From NCBI GenBank assembly GCA_963823665.1, contig CAWGMQ010000004.1, positions 512,001-576,000 of the forward strand: a stretch of DNA of 64,000 nucleotides, given 5' to 3'. Below, one piece after another: positions 54,288 through 63,577 of the stretch (position 1 is the first letter of the stretch; the number at the start of each line of letters is the position of its first letter). Source of the DNA: an uncultured Planctomycetota bacterium. GTDB taxonomy: Bacteria; Planctomycetota; Planctomycetia; Isosphaerales; Isosphaeraceae. The translations under genes and the position numbers were made by a program. Under the pieces are notes generated by a model that saw only the letters and a list, made by a program, of their open reading frames with translations, was not told where the DNA came from and made no database searches.

Positions 54288-54447
54288 AAATCTTTTGCGA
54301 TCTATTCACCGGTACACTAAACTCCAGTGTTGGACGATGCCCGAACCCCTGGGATCGAGAACGAGACTTAGAGAGTTAGGAACCAATGGTGATTATCCAG
54401 GAGAACCTCACTAACCGTCATGTTGTGACCCTGAACAAGAATCGATC

Positions 54448-57297
54448 ATGAACGATCGCGGCCAATGGCTTTTCGAGCTGGGTAAGACCTCATCGACCGG
54501 GGCCGTTGATGGCCTCGTGCTCGTGGACGGTTATTCGCGCGCAGGTAGCCCACCCGAAGAGGTAGCGGTCATGGAGAAGGCCGCGTTCTATAACGCTCAC
54601 TCGGTCTTTTTCGAGTCCGGTCGAAATGGCCGCCCTCCTGTCGCTCAGGCGTTTATTTACCTATCCGAAGGCCACGTCGATGACGCCGCATTCGCCGAGC
54701 TGCATAAACGCCTGTGGAGCTGGGGCGGCGTCCCGCTGCTTTACCGCCGTACCGCCGGATTGGTCCAACTCTTCCGATGCGCCCACAAACCCGATTTCGT
54801 CTCACAGGAAGGCGCAATCATCTGCAAACCCGTCAAAACGTTAAAGATCGCGACGGACATCAGCGCGAGCGAAGCATGGTGGGATGCGTCACGAATTCGC
54901 AATGGCACGCTCTGGGATGACCCGGAAGTGTGCGACGCAATGCTTTCGGCTGGCAAGGCGGCACATAAGGGGTTGATCGATGCCGTAAGACGGCTTAACG
55001 ACGACCTGAACGAGGAAGGAATCCTGAAGAAGCACTTGCGGCGACGCCTGCTGATCCTGTCGCTGCTGATCGCATATTTGGAGGAGCGGGGCGTCCTCTT
55101 ACCGGATTATTTCAGCCAGTTCCTCGCCGGGGCGACGAGGTTTTTTCAGGTGCTGGCGAACGGAGAAGCGCTGGTTGATTTGCTCGCGGCACTGGAGGAA
55201 AGATTCAACGGCCACGTTTTTATCATCGATGATGCAGACAGTGAAAGTCTCAGGAATAGCAATCAACTGAAGCGATTCGCAAAGCTGGTCGAAGGCCGCG
55301 AAGACCCGACCGGGCAACTAACGCTGTGGCAGCTTTACTCGTTCAAGGATCTTCCCGTCGAGCTGATCAGCCACATCTACCAGATTTTCGTAAAGGAGAA
55401 TCAAAGTTCGGTTTACACGCCGCCGTTTCTTGTTCGATTGATGCTGGAAGAGGCGTTGAGCTGGGAAAGACTCGATCGCCTGCAGAAATGCGATGAAATC
55501 ATCCTCGACCCGTCGTGCGGCTCGGGGGTCTTCCTTGTTGAAGCGTATAAGCGATTGGCCCTACATTGGCGCAGCCGCCACAATTGGGAACGGCCGGACA
55601 TTACTGTCCTCCTGGGCCTGCTCACCAAAGTCTACGGGATCGATTTGGAACCCGGCGCAATCGAGCTTGCCGCCTTCAGCCTGTGTCTGGCCCTATGCGA
55701 TGCACTGGAGCCCGAGGAAATCCGCACCAGCATAAAGCTTTTCCCGCCGCTGGCAGGGAAGACACTCCATCAATCGTGCTTCTTCGACGCGAAAGAGATT
55801 GGGCTGGTCAAGGACCACATCGGTGTAGTGGTCGGCAATCCACCCTTCGAGTCCGCCCTGACCACGCCCGGTGCCAAGAAGAGCTACCAGAATTACGAGA
55901 AAAACTTCGGCTCCCTGCCAGACAAGCAATTGGCTTACCTCTTCCTGCACGAGGCAATGGGCATGGTCGCTGAAGGCGGCGTGCTCAGCATGCTTCAAAA
56001 TTACGGATTCTTATACAACCAGAAGTCGCTCGACTTCCGGCGGAACTTTCTGTCGCAATGGGATGTACGTGAAGTCCTGGACTTTATCTCGGTCCGAGGT
56101 TTATTTCAGAAAGGCGGAGCTGATACGAAAGTTATCGTCGTGGTGGCCGTATCCGCACCACCTGCCGCAGATGGCAAGATTCTGCACGCCACATTTCGCC
56201 GTGGCGGGCGAACGGACGCCGAGCAGGGTTTCGACATTGATTATTACGACATGCATTGGCTGCCACGTCACTTGGCACTCACCAACGATCGCGTCTGGCG
56301 GTCGGACCTGTTAGGTGGCGGACGTGTCCTGGGCTTTGTCGATCGCCTGCACGCCATGCGCACGGCGGGCGAATACGCAATGGCCCAGGGATGGGATTGT
56401 GGCGAGGGTTTCATTGAGGGGAAGTCGGGCAAGCTGCATGAATCGGCCCATCTAACTGGTAAGAAACTGATACCCTCTGAGGCCATTTTAGACTCGGGTA
56501 TCGACCGAAGCGAAATTGCCACCGTCGAAGCGAAGCTATTCAAAACGGACTACACGAAGAGCAGATTTACGCCGCCAATGATTCTGATGCGCGAACAGAT
56601 GGACCTTGCCCATGACATCTGGACGGACCACTACCTTACCTACAAGAACAAGGTCGTTGGTTTTTGCGCCGGCGAAGATCAGCTTTCTCACCTCGCCGAG
56701 CTTCACCGCTGGTTCACTGATAATCGCAGGGTCCTCCAAGCCTACGTAGCAGCCATAAGTCTTCGGTTGTTTACTCAGAAGGCCACGACACTTTCGGAGT
56801 GGGATATCCTCGCGCTTCCCTACCCCGAAGACGGCACCATCGACCTCAGCGGAAATGAACAACTCATAGTGGACGATATCGTTGAATACCAAAGAGATTT
56901 CGTCAGGCTTGGCGAGCATTCCTCCGTGATGAAAGAACGCGGTCACGATGCCCTCTCCCCCTTCAGCAGTGTTTTCACGAGCCAGATTAATGCGGTCTAC
57001 AGGAAGAATCCGCTTCAGCCGCTCCGGCCGCAGTCCTGGCCTGGTGTAATCTGCCAACCATTTGTGTTCGGCAAGGGGCAAGTCGATTGGGATGGTGCAG
57101 ACGAGTTGAAGGGCAAACTCAATACTTTGTTGCACAAGAAACACGGCACCACTCTTCATGTCACTCGCATTGCCCGCATTTACGATGGGAATTTCATCTT
57201 CCTATTGAAACCAGACCGCCTCCGCTACTGGCTGCGATCCATCGCCTTGCGCGATGCGGACGAAACGCTCGCCGACCTCCGGGCGCAGGGATTTTGA
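54448..57297 (+). CDS. Large gamma-class N6-adenine DNA methyltransferase (HsdM / type IIG-like)
   Basis: PVELISHIY, VYTP, ILDPSCGSGVFL, VGNPPF, long C-terminal TRD-like region. Confidence 0.88.
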   Translation: MNDRGQWLFELGKTSSTGAVDGLVLVDGYSRAGSPPEEVAVMEKAAFYNAHSVFFESGRNGRPPVAQAFIYLSEGHVDDAAFAELHKRLWSWGGVPLLYRRTAGLVQLFRCAHKPDFVSQEGAIICKPVKTLKIATDISASEAWWDASRIRNGTLWDDPEVCDAMLSAGKAAHKGLIDAVRRLNDDLNEEGILKKHLRRRLLILSLLIAYLEERGVLLPDYFSQFLAGATRFFQVLANGEALVDLLAALEERFNGHVFIIDDADSESLRNSNQLKRFAKLVEGREDPTGQLTLWQLYSFKDLPVELISHIYQIFVKENQSSVYTPPFLVRLMLEEALSWERLDRLQKCDEIILDPSCGSGVFLVEAYKRLALHWRSRHNWERPDITVLLGLLTKVYGIDLEPGAIELAAFSLCLALCDALEPEEIRTSIKLFPPLAGKTLHQSCFFDAKEIGLVKDHIGVVVGNPPFESALTTPGAKKSYQNYEKNFGSLPDKQLAYLFLHEAMGMVAEGGVLSMLQNYGFLYNQKSLDFRRNFLSQWDVREVLDFISVRGLFQKGGADTKVIVVVAVSAPPAADGKILHATFRRGGRTDAEQGFDIDYYDMHWLPRHLALTNDRVWRSDLLGGGRVLGFVDRLHAMRTAGEYAMAQGWDCGEGFIEGKSGKLHESAHLTGKKLIPSEAILDSGIDRSEIATVEAKLFKTDYTKSRFTPPMILMREQMDLAHDIWTDHYLTYKNKVVGFCAGEDQLSHLAELHRWFTDNRRVLQAYVAAISLRLFTQKATTLSEWDILALPYPEDGTIDLSGNEQLIVDDIVEYQRDFVRLGEHSSVMKERGHDALSPFSSVFTSQINAVYRKNPLQPLRPQSWPGVICQPFVFGKGQVDWDGADELKGKLNTLLHKKHGTTLHVTRIARIYDGNFIFLLKPDRLRYWLRSIALRDADETLADLRAQGF

Positions 57298-57307
57298 GAT
57301 ACGCACC

Positions 57308-58027
57308 ATGTTGGCCAACCAGCACCATCCTACGCCACAAACCGGATCTCTGAACAAGGACGTCCATATAGCGTCCACGTCTATTCATGAGTTGCTGAAC
57401 TTCATCGCCGAGGAATTGCCGCTCTGGCGAGATCGACCGGATCGACCGCAGGAAACTTCCGAAACTAATCTTACGTCGCAATTATGTGCACATTTGAATG
57501 GTGCGGCCCGACACTCGGCCGGATGGGATTTCCTTCAATTTAAGGTCGAAACGCCCGACGAAACAGTGGCAGGCCGCAAAATTGATCTGGTCTCTTCCCC
57601 ATGCGGAGCCACCGTCTGGATCGAGGGACGCCGCCACGTCGAGTTTGATACCCTGCTACCGATCGAATGTAAGAGATTGCCCACACCGAAGGGCAAAGAT
57701 CGTGATGAACGAGAATATGTGATTAGCCAGTATTCCACGACTGGCGGAATTCAACGCTTCAAACAAGGACATCATGGGGCGGCTCATGCTCTGTGCGCGA
57801 TGATCGCCTATGTACAGGATAATTCGAGAAGCCATTGGAGCACTTGCGTTTGCCAGTGGATAACGGATCTAGTCGAGGCCGGACAAGCAGGTTGGTCAAG
57901 CAAAGACACACTCCAGGTCATTCGCAATGACGAAGATCGAAAGCTCACCGTCCTGAGTTCCACGCACGGCAGGGCAAACAGCCTCCCCGATATCGAAATG
58001 TGTCACCTCTGGGTCCAGATGAACTGA
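57308..58027 (+). CDS. Putative PD-(D/E)XK nuclease partner of the methyltransferase
   Basis: E..LT, KIDL...IECKRL, EYV...GGIQRF..G.H; starts 10 bp after the MTase stop. Confidence 0.7.
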   Translation: MLANQHHPTPQTGSLNKDVHIASTSIHELLNFIAEELPLWRDRPDRPQETSETNLTSQLCAHLNGAARHSAGWDFLQFKVETPDETVAGRKIDLVSSPCGATVWIEGRRHVEFDTLLPIECKRLPTPKGKDRDEREYVISQYSTTGGIQRFKQGHHGAAHALCAMIAYVQDNSRSHWSTCVCQWITDLVEAGQAGWSSKDTLQVIRNDEDRKLTVLSSTHGRANSLPDIEMCHLWVQMN

Positions 58028-58086
58028 ATCTCATAGGCTCACGCCCCGGCCACCAATTTCATGCGGACGGTGACCGCTTGAAGGCG

Positions 58087-58377
58087 TCAAACGCCGCTTT
58101 GACCTCCGCTTCTGTGGCGAAGTGCGACCACGATGCACTCATGGCCCAGGGCGGCAAGCTGGCGTTGCAGGCCATAGCCACACGGTCCGGCCTCATAACA
58201 GAAGTTGAGTTCGTGGTACTTCGCTGACAAGCGACGGGCCAGCTTATCAACCGCCGCAGGATCGTTTGCGATCTCACCGAAATAACGGACTTCCCCATCC
58301 CTGCCTTCTGAAGCGATGGCAATGGCTATCGTTTTTTTATGCGTGTCTAATCCACTAAATGCTTTAGATTCGTTCAT
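58087..58377 (-). pseudogene. IS110-family transposase N-terminal fragment
   Basis: GLDTHKKTIAIAIA and FCYEAGPCGYGL.RQL...GHECIVVA (RuvC-like DEDD domain); similarity stops after ~85 aa; AGGAGG RBS. Confidence 0.88.
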
Positions 58378-58994
58378 GGCTTACCTCCTGTGATTGAGTC
58401 CCTGCGTCGGCCCATCCGCCGCAATACTCGTCTCCTTGCGTATCACAGACCAGGTAACCCACGCTCGACTTTTGATCATACGGCCTGGTGCAGGTCGGCG
58501 ACGGGCAATTGTCACGCCAGCATCGTGCTGGCATGCCAATCGCTGTTCCGTCGCCTGATGGTGGGTCGCTTCGCTCCAGCCGTGATTTGTTCCGGCTCAT
58601 TTCTGCCCCCAGAATTCTGTGGGGGGCAGAAATGGCCGGTTTGCTTTAGGTGGAAGGTCGCTACGCTCCCGTTTCGTGTTTATCCCCCTCCGCCCCCGGT
58701 GGGGGAACGGGGGAAAAAGGAAAGAAGGGTATCGCTGGGTTAGGGCCGCTCCCGTCGGTCGCTCAAAAGTCACCACACAGATTCTTTCCTGCCGAGCCAC
58801 TTACCGCGAAGCGGTCTTCGTCCATATAACGATACGCGGCGACGTGAGCCGCGTTCCGTTTTGTTCTTGCCAGAGGGGGGATTATAAGGGGGGAGATGGG
58901 CAAATCATCTCCCCCCTTATCTAAAACGGTTGCAGCCCTTTCGGGCTGCTCAGTTTGCCGAGCGTAGCGAGGCTTAGTATTGTGTTCTTTGGAG

Positions 58995-59269
58995 TTATCC
59001 ACATACATAGTGTGTTAAATATATGTGTTATATAAGTGTTAAGCTGTGGATAACTGCTGCTATCTGCTTGAATCCTTGGAACATTCTGCGTCGCTCGGTT
59101 TCTGATACCCCGATAAAAGGTTTCTGATTCCCACGGTTTGGTTTCTGATACCCCGATACTTGACATTGGTTTCTAATACCCCGATTCTCTTCCTCGGTTT
59201 CCGATACCCCGATTCTTTTCTTGGGTTTCTGATACCCCGATACTTGACATTGGTTTCTAATACCCCGAT
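58995..59269. promoter_or_regulatory. Iteron-type plasmid replication origin
   Basis: DnaA boxes TTATCCACA (58995) and TGTGGATAA (59045) flanking an AT-rich tract; seven 18-bp iterons GGTTTCTGATACCCCGAT at 59097, 59119 (degenerate), 59140, 59168, 59196, 59224, 59252. Confidence 0.92.
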
Positions 59270-59278
59270 AACATATGC

Positions 59279-60322
59279 ATGGATTCTGATGAACAGATAG
59301 ATAATACCAACCTCTTGCCGCTTCGTCACCAGCAGCATGATCTATTCGTTTGCGACGTAGCTGACGCCGTCCTGAAGGATGACATGGCATCGATGGAGCA
59401 TCCGTTCTTCTCCCTTTCCAAAAAGCCGGAATTGAGCATCCGCCGGTACGAAAACGGTGATCGCTGGGTTGAAGTCGTGCCGAGCGTCAAAGGTCTGGCC
59501 ACGATCTATGACAAGGACATCCTGATCTACTGCATCAGCCAGCTCGTTGCCAAGATAAACAACGGCGACCCTCCCTCCCCTTACGTCAGCATCGTCGCCA
59601 AAGACCTTCTGGTGTTTGTGAATCGCTCGCTTGGCGGCAAGGATTACGATGCCTTAGTCGAAGCGTTGCAACGCCTCGACGGCACACGCATCCGGACCAA
59701 CGTCCGGACCGGAGGTGAGCAAGAATACGAGGGATTCGGCCTGATCGAAGCATTCAAGCTTCGCCGCTCCGACAAAACCGGCCGCATCCTGGAGATCGCC
59801 GTCAAGCTTTCCGACTGGGTATTCCGCTCGATTGCAGCCAAGGAAGTACTGACACTGCACAAGGATTATTTCCGCCTCAGCAAGCCTATCGAACGCCGGG
59901 TCTACGAAATCGCCCGCAAGCATTGCGGAAAGCAGGATCGCTGGAAAATCTCGCTTGATCTGCTCAAGCTGAAGTGCGGATCACGGGCACCCCTCAAAGG
60001 CTTCCGCCACGACATCAAGCAATTGGCCAAAGGCGACCATCTGCCGGACTACTGCGTAACCGTCGATGACGAGGATTTTGTCACCTTCCAGAACCGCAAT
60101 TCGATTAAAGCGATCCCGGCACCCTCGCCCGCCGATTTCCCGAAACTTGACGCCGAGACTTACCACGACGCCAGGCTAGTTGCACCGGGCTATGACGTGT
60201 ATTTTCTCGTGCAGGAATGGCAAAGCTGGTGGTATCAAAGCGGCAAGCCCGCCCTCCGCGACCCCGACGCTGCCTTCCTCGCCTTCTGTCGCAGTCGCCA
60301 CGAAAGAAAACCAAATCCTTAA
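59279..60322 (+). CDS. repA: Plasmid replication initiator RepA (RPA family)
   Basis: KDDMASMEHPFFSLSKKP, GLATIYDKDILIYCISQL, YFRL.KPIERRVYEIARKHCG; adjacent to the iterons. Confidence 0.92.
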   Translation: MDSDEQIDNTNLLPLRHQQHDLFVCDVADAVLKDDMASMEHPFFSLSKKPELSIRRYENGDRWVEVVPSVKGLATIYDKDILIYCISQLVAKINNGDPPSPYVSIVAKDLLVFVNRSLGGKDYDALVEALQRLDGTRIRTNVRTGGEQEYEGFGLIEAFKLRRSDKTGRILEIAVKLSDWVFRSIAAKEVLTLHKDYFRLSKPIERRVYEIARKHCGKQDRWKISLDLLKLKCGSRAPLKGFRHDIKQLAKGDHLPDYCVTVDDEDFVTFQNRNSIKAIPAPSPADFPKLDAETYHDARLVAPGYDVYFLVQEWQSWWYQSGKPALRDPDAAFLAFCRSRHERKPNP

Positions 60323-60328
60323 GCAGGC

Positions 60329-60613
60329 TCAGGCAATGCGGCTGAGGCCGTTCTTGGCGAAGAGGTCGTTGATCGCCTCGACCAGGAGTTCCTGAATGTC
60401 CTTATCCTGCTGCACCGCCAGGAGCTTGAACTGCTTGGCGGCATCCGGCATCACATGGCCAGCGATGAACTGCCGCCCTTCCCTCCCCGTCTTTGTTTGT
60501 TCCTTTGCCCGTTTGCGTGTTTTTGTGTTTGCGGGCAAACTTGGTTGCTTCTCTTGGGCGGGAGCCTGAGTTACCTTATCGACCTTGAATGTAAGCGGTG
60601 CACGTTTGGTCAT
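60329..60613 (-). CDS. Ribbon-helix-helix partition protein (ParG-like)
   Basis: Flexible N-tail then 'FIAGHV...AAKQFKLLAVQQDKDIQELLVEAINDLFAKNG'; downstream of parA. Confidence 0.8.
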   Translation of the reverse strand: MTKRAPLTFKVDKVTQAPAQEKQPSLPANTKTRKRAKEQTKTGREGRQFIAGHVMPDAAKQFKLLAVQQDKDIQELLVEAINDLFAKNGLSRIA

Positions 60614-60910
60614 AGCGATGAACTTCTCTGTTTGATTGTTTGCGTGTATTCTGGTTTTGCCGTTTTTCTGTTTGCGAGCAAAGCTGTTTGCCTACAAGGT
60701 TCGCAAACACGTAAACATGTTGAAGTGTTGTTTGTGTTGCTTCGTTGCGGGTTTATGTGTTTGGCTATTTGATTATTTGCGAGCAAACTTGTTTGCCCGG
60801 TTTGTCGTTTTCCCGTTTGAGTGTTTGCACGCAAACATGTTGCCGGAGCACTCACGCCCGTTTTCTCTTTTTGGCGTTTGACCGCAAAGCCGTTTGCTTG
60901 TTTGCGTGTT
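60614..60910. repeat. Centromere-like array of TGTTTGC / GCAAACA heptamers
   Basis: Many direct and inverted copies (e.g. TGTTTGCGAGCAAA, TGTTTGCACGCAAACA); more copies upstream of parA at ~61515-61580. Confidence 0.75.
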
Positions 60911-61514
60911 TTATAACCCAGGCGAACAAGGCGTCGATTTCCCCGGCCGCTTTGCTCTTGGGGTCTAGCTCCTGAGCAGTCCGCCCGTCATTCACAGCGT
61001 GCGAGAACGCCACAAGCTGATGAACCAGCGGAGCGGCGACGGCGACGCCCCCTTCTTCCAAAGCAAATCGTGCCTCTTCGCCGACCTTCCCCTGCGGAGG
61101 AACGGCATTGAGCACCACATAGGCAGGCTTTCCGGCGAGTGCGGCAAGATTCAGCGTCGTGCCGATGGCATTCAGATCAAATGCGGCAGGGCGGCAGGGA
61201 ATCAGGATGAGATCAGCAGCCCGTGCCGCCGCCAGCGAAGCGGCATCAGCGTTAGGAGCACTGTCGATGATAACCAGATCAGCCGACTGTGCCGCCGCTT
61301 CTTCGAGCAGCCCCGGTAATCGGGTAGCCTGAGCCGACACGACGGCAGGGGAGGGCTGATTGCGTTTGTCGGACCAGCTCGATGCCGATGCTTGCGGATC
61401 GAGATCAAACAGGGCGGTTTTCATTCCCCGCTTTTCGGCGGCAACGGCCAGGTGAATGCCGATGGTCGTTTTACCAGCCCCGCCTTTCTGGCTGATAATA
61501 GCAATTGTTTTCAT
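60852..61514 (-). CDS. parA: Short Walker-type partition ATPase (type Ib)
   Basis: MKTIAIISQKGGAGKTT, DLDPQAS, IIDSAP, ADLILIPCRP. Confidence 0.93.
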   Translation of the reverse strand: MKTIAIISQKGGAGKTTIGIHLAVAAEKRGMKTALFDLDPQASASSWSDKRNQPSPAVVSAQATRLPGLLEEAAAQSADLVIIDSAPNADAASLAAARAADLILIPCRPAAFDLNAIGTTLNLAALAGKPAYVVLNAVPPQGKVGEEARFALEEGGVAVAAPLVHQLVAFSHAVNDGRTAQELDPKSKAAGEIDALFAWVIKHANKQTALRSNAKKRKRA

Positions 61515-61628
61515 GTTTGTACGGTTGTTGGTTGCACCGTTTGCAACTATAGGTGCAAACACCAAAACGAGCAAGCAAATAACGAGGGGAGGGGGTTCCC
61601 GAAGAATGTCCCCCTGACTGCCCGCCCC

Positions 61629-61839
61629 GCCGAATTGGGAACAAAATGGGAACAGCATTGGCAATATCAGCCCAATGCGGCTACAATGTACTTGAGTAAA
61701 GGCAGTGTCGTAACTGCCTTGGAATCAAAGCCTTTAAGTGTCACTGCAACGTGTTTCCAATACCACGAGTATGGCAGACGTACCGGACTCAAAATCCGGT
61801 CCCCGCACGGCGGTGTGGGTTCAAGTCCCACGTTCGGTA
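61629..61839 (+). repeat. att junction 2 (attR-like); direct repeat of 22773-22983
   Basis: Arm repeats TGGGAACA twice, conserved promoter, truncated tRNA core. Confidence 0.92.
61772..61839 (+). tRNA. 5'-truncated, decayed tRNA-Leu(CAA) fragment
   Basis: 68 nt, five differences from 22916-22983 (four in the variable arm, one in the acceptor strand). Confidence 0.88.
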
Positions 61840-62211
61840 TTAACAACTCTGGCGAATCGCACCGTCGTTAATCGCCCGCCCGCGTTCGAACATCACGAAC
61901 GGCAGCGCCCGGCCGGTCTCGAAGATGACGACCCACACCGCGCGGCAGCGACCCTCGAGTGACATTCTGTGCTCGGGATGCCGCTCGAGTCGGCGCCCCG
62001 CTGCGGTCGTGACCGTTCCGGCAGGCGAAGTCGGGAGACGGGGGTGGTGGCCCGGAAGTCCAACGTCGGAGATGAGCATGGTGTCTCCAGAACACGGCAT
62101 GTTCAGCGATCGAGTTGAGAACTTGGTTGATCGTCTCCGCGGTGAGGGGCAAGGCTTGGACCTCGACCACGGATTGCGTCTCCGTTGGGTCGGGCGGGAA
62201 GCGGAATTTGA

Positions 62212-63577
62212 TCACCTTGCCTTGGACCTCGTCGAGGTTGCCGGTTCACTGCTGGCTTCCTCAACCGCGACCGGTTGGCCGAACATGCCGTAACGGACGC
62301 CGCTGTCCAGGTCAATGAAGACGGCTTGGCCTCCCGGTAGGCGACCGGGTTCCCCATTTTTGTTTCCCCGCGTCAACTTCTCGGTACCGCGGGCCAGGAG
62401 AAGGAGTCGAGTCATCCGGTTTCCCTTCATCTCGATCAACCCCTTCCAGGTGAGCTTGACCCGGTGCTGCCAGCGTGCGCCATGGGCGTCTTGGCCCTGC
62501 CCCGCGACCCCCGCGACCTCTGATTCGCCGTCGATTCGGACCCAGACAGGACCGTTGCCATCGGTCTCGATTTTTTGACACCAGAACGCACTGTCCATGT
62601 GCTCGCACTTGCTGCCATTCAGGTTGCCCAGGGGGTTCAAGTCGAGTTCCCCCATGAACGCATGGCCGATGAGCACCCTCGCCAGATCGTTGTCGATCTT
62701 GAAGCGGTTCGTGCCGGCGGCGGCGAGCGCTTTCGCCAACCCCTCTTGCCTGACCACGGGCACGTAGAAGCGGTCCTCGAGATAATTTTCCTGGCGCAGC
62801 GTGTCGGCGACGGGCTGGCCATCCTTCTCGAGCGCCCGGCCAAAAACCCGCGCCAAGATGGTCCCCTGCGGGACGCGCGGCTTTGCCGGACAGCTTTCCC
62901 CCTCGCGGTGGCGCTCGACCATCGGCACGACCTTGCCGCCGTCGGCGACATTGGCGAGCTTCTGACTGGGAAACCCCTTGTATCGCTCGGCGGGGAACGG
63001 CTTAGTCGCGTCGGGAAACTCGGCGAACCGCTTCTTAGCATGATCGAGGAAGTCAAGGACGCTCTTGTCGTCGTCGAACATGAAGACCCAGTCGAGCACT
63101 TTTCCCGCGGAGTTGACGACACAGACTCCCTGGGGAAGGATCTTCGAGCGTCCGATCTCGCGATAGAGCCGGCCTTCGTCGTTGTCGGGCGGGTTGTTGA
63201 TCAGTCCGGCCTTGAGGGCCACGGGCACGAAATCGGCGTTCACACGGCGAATGACGTCGGCGTTCGAGAATATCACCTCACGGGTGAGTGCGGCATACCC
63301 TCAGCAGCGCTCGTCGTCAACAGGACGGTCGATGAAGACCCAGAGCAGGGCCGGCTTGTTTTTGGCTCGCGCTTCCCGGAGCCCTTCGAGCAAACAGCTC
63401 TTCCAGTCGATCTCTCGCCAAGCGACTTTCGGCGCTTTCAGGGCGTTGATCTCTGCCTGCAAAGCGTCGAGGGTTACCGGTTTCTTTTCAGCAACGGGAA
63501 CGTTCTGAGCGCCAGCCTGTCCGCACACGAGAACCGGCGAACACCAACGCAGCCGCACTAAGAGTCAATCTCTGCAT
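62212..63577 (-). CDS. Exported thioredoxin-like protein with an in-frame UGA at 63303-63301 (candidate selenoprotein); +1 frameshift near 63535
   Basis: ORFs 63301-63558 and 62212-63276 share a frame: KPALLWVFIDRPVDDERC*GYAALTREVIFSNADVIRRVNADFVPV. Signal peptide MQRLTLSAAALVFA/VLVCGQAGA from the ATG at 63577. Confidence 0.72.

Larger units (their letters stand above)
22984..61839. mobile_element. ~38.9-kb integrative mobilisable element at tRNA-Leu(CAA)
   Basis: Bounded by the two tRNA-Leu cores; integrase at the left end; relaxase, coupling protein and Xis-like gene; same TGGGAACA arm repeats at both ends; no VirB genes seen. Confidence 0.88.

Noticed and set aside
59097..59269. Iterons as a CRISPR array
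   Set aside because: Repeats are 18 bp with only 3-10 bp between them, two spacers are identical, no cas genes are present, and they sit between DnaA boxes and repA.
22984..61839. Self-transmissible ICE or prophage
   Set aside because: No VirB4/MPF genes and no phage structural genes were recognised.
61868..62215. 115-aa minus-strand ORF after the thioredoxin-like gene
   Set aside because: No recognisable motif; it could be a frameshifted continuation or a remnant cut at the att site, so it was not called.
8590..63540. Frameshifts in the RHS gene, the helicase (six), mod2 and the thioredoxin-like gene as programmed frameshifting, phase variation or pseudogenisation
   Set aside because: All nine are single-base insertions, with no slippery or simple-repeat tracts and no accompanying nonsense decay. 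This pattern fits long-read consensus error; raw reads are needed to confirm.
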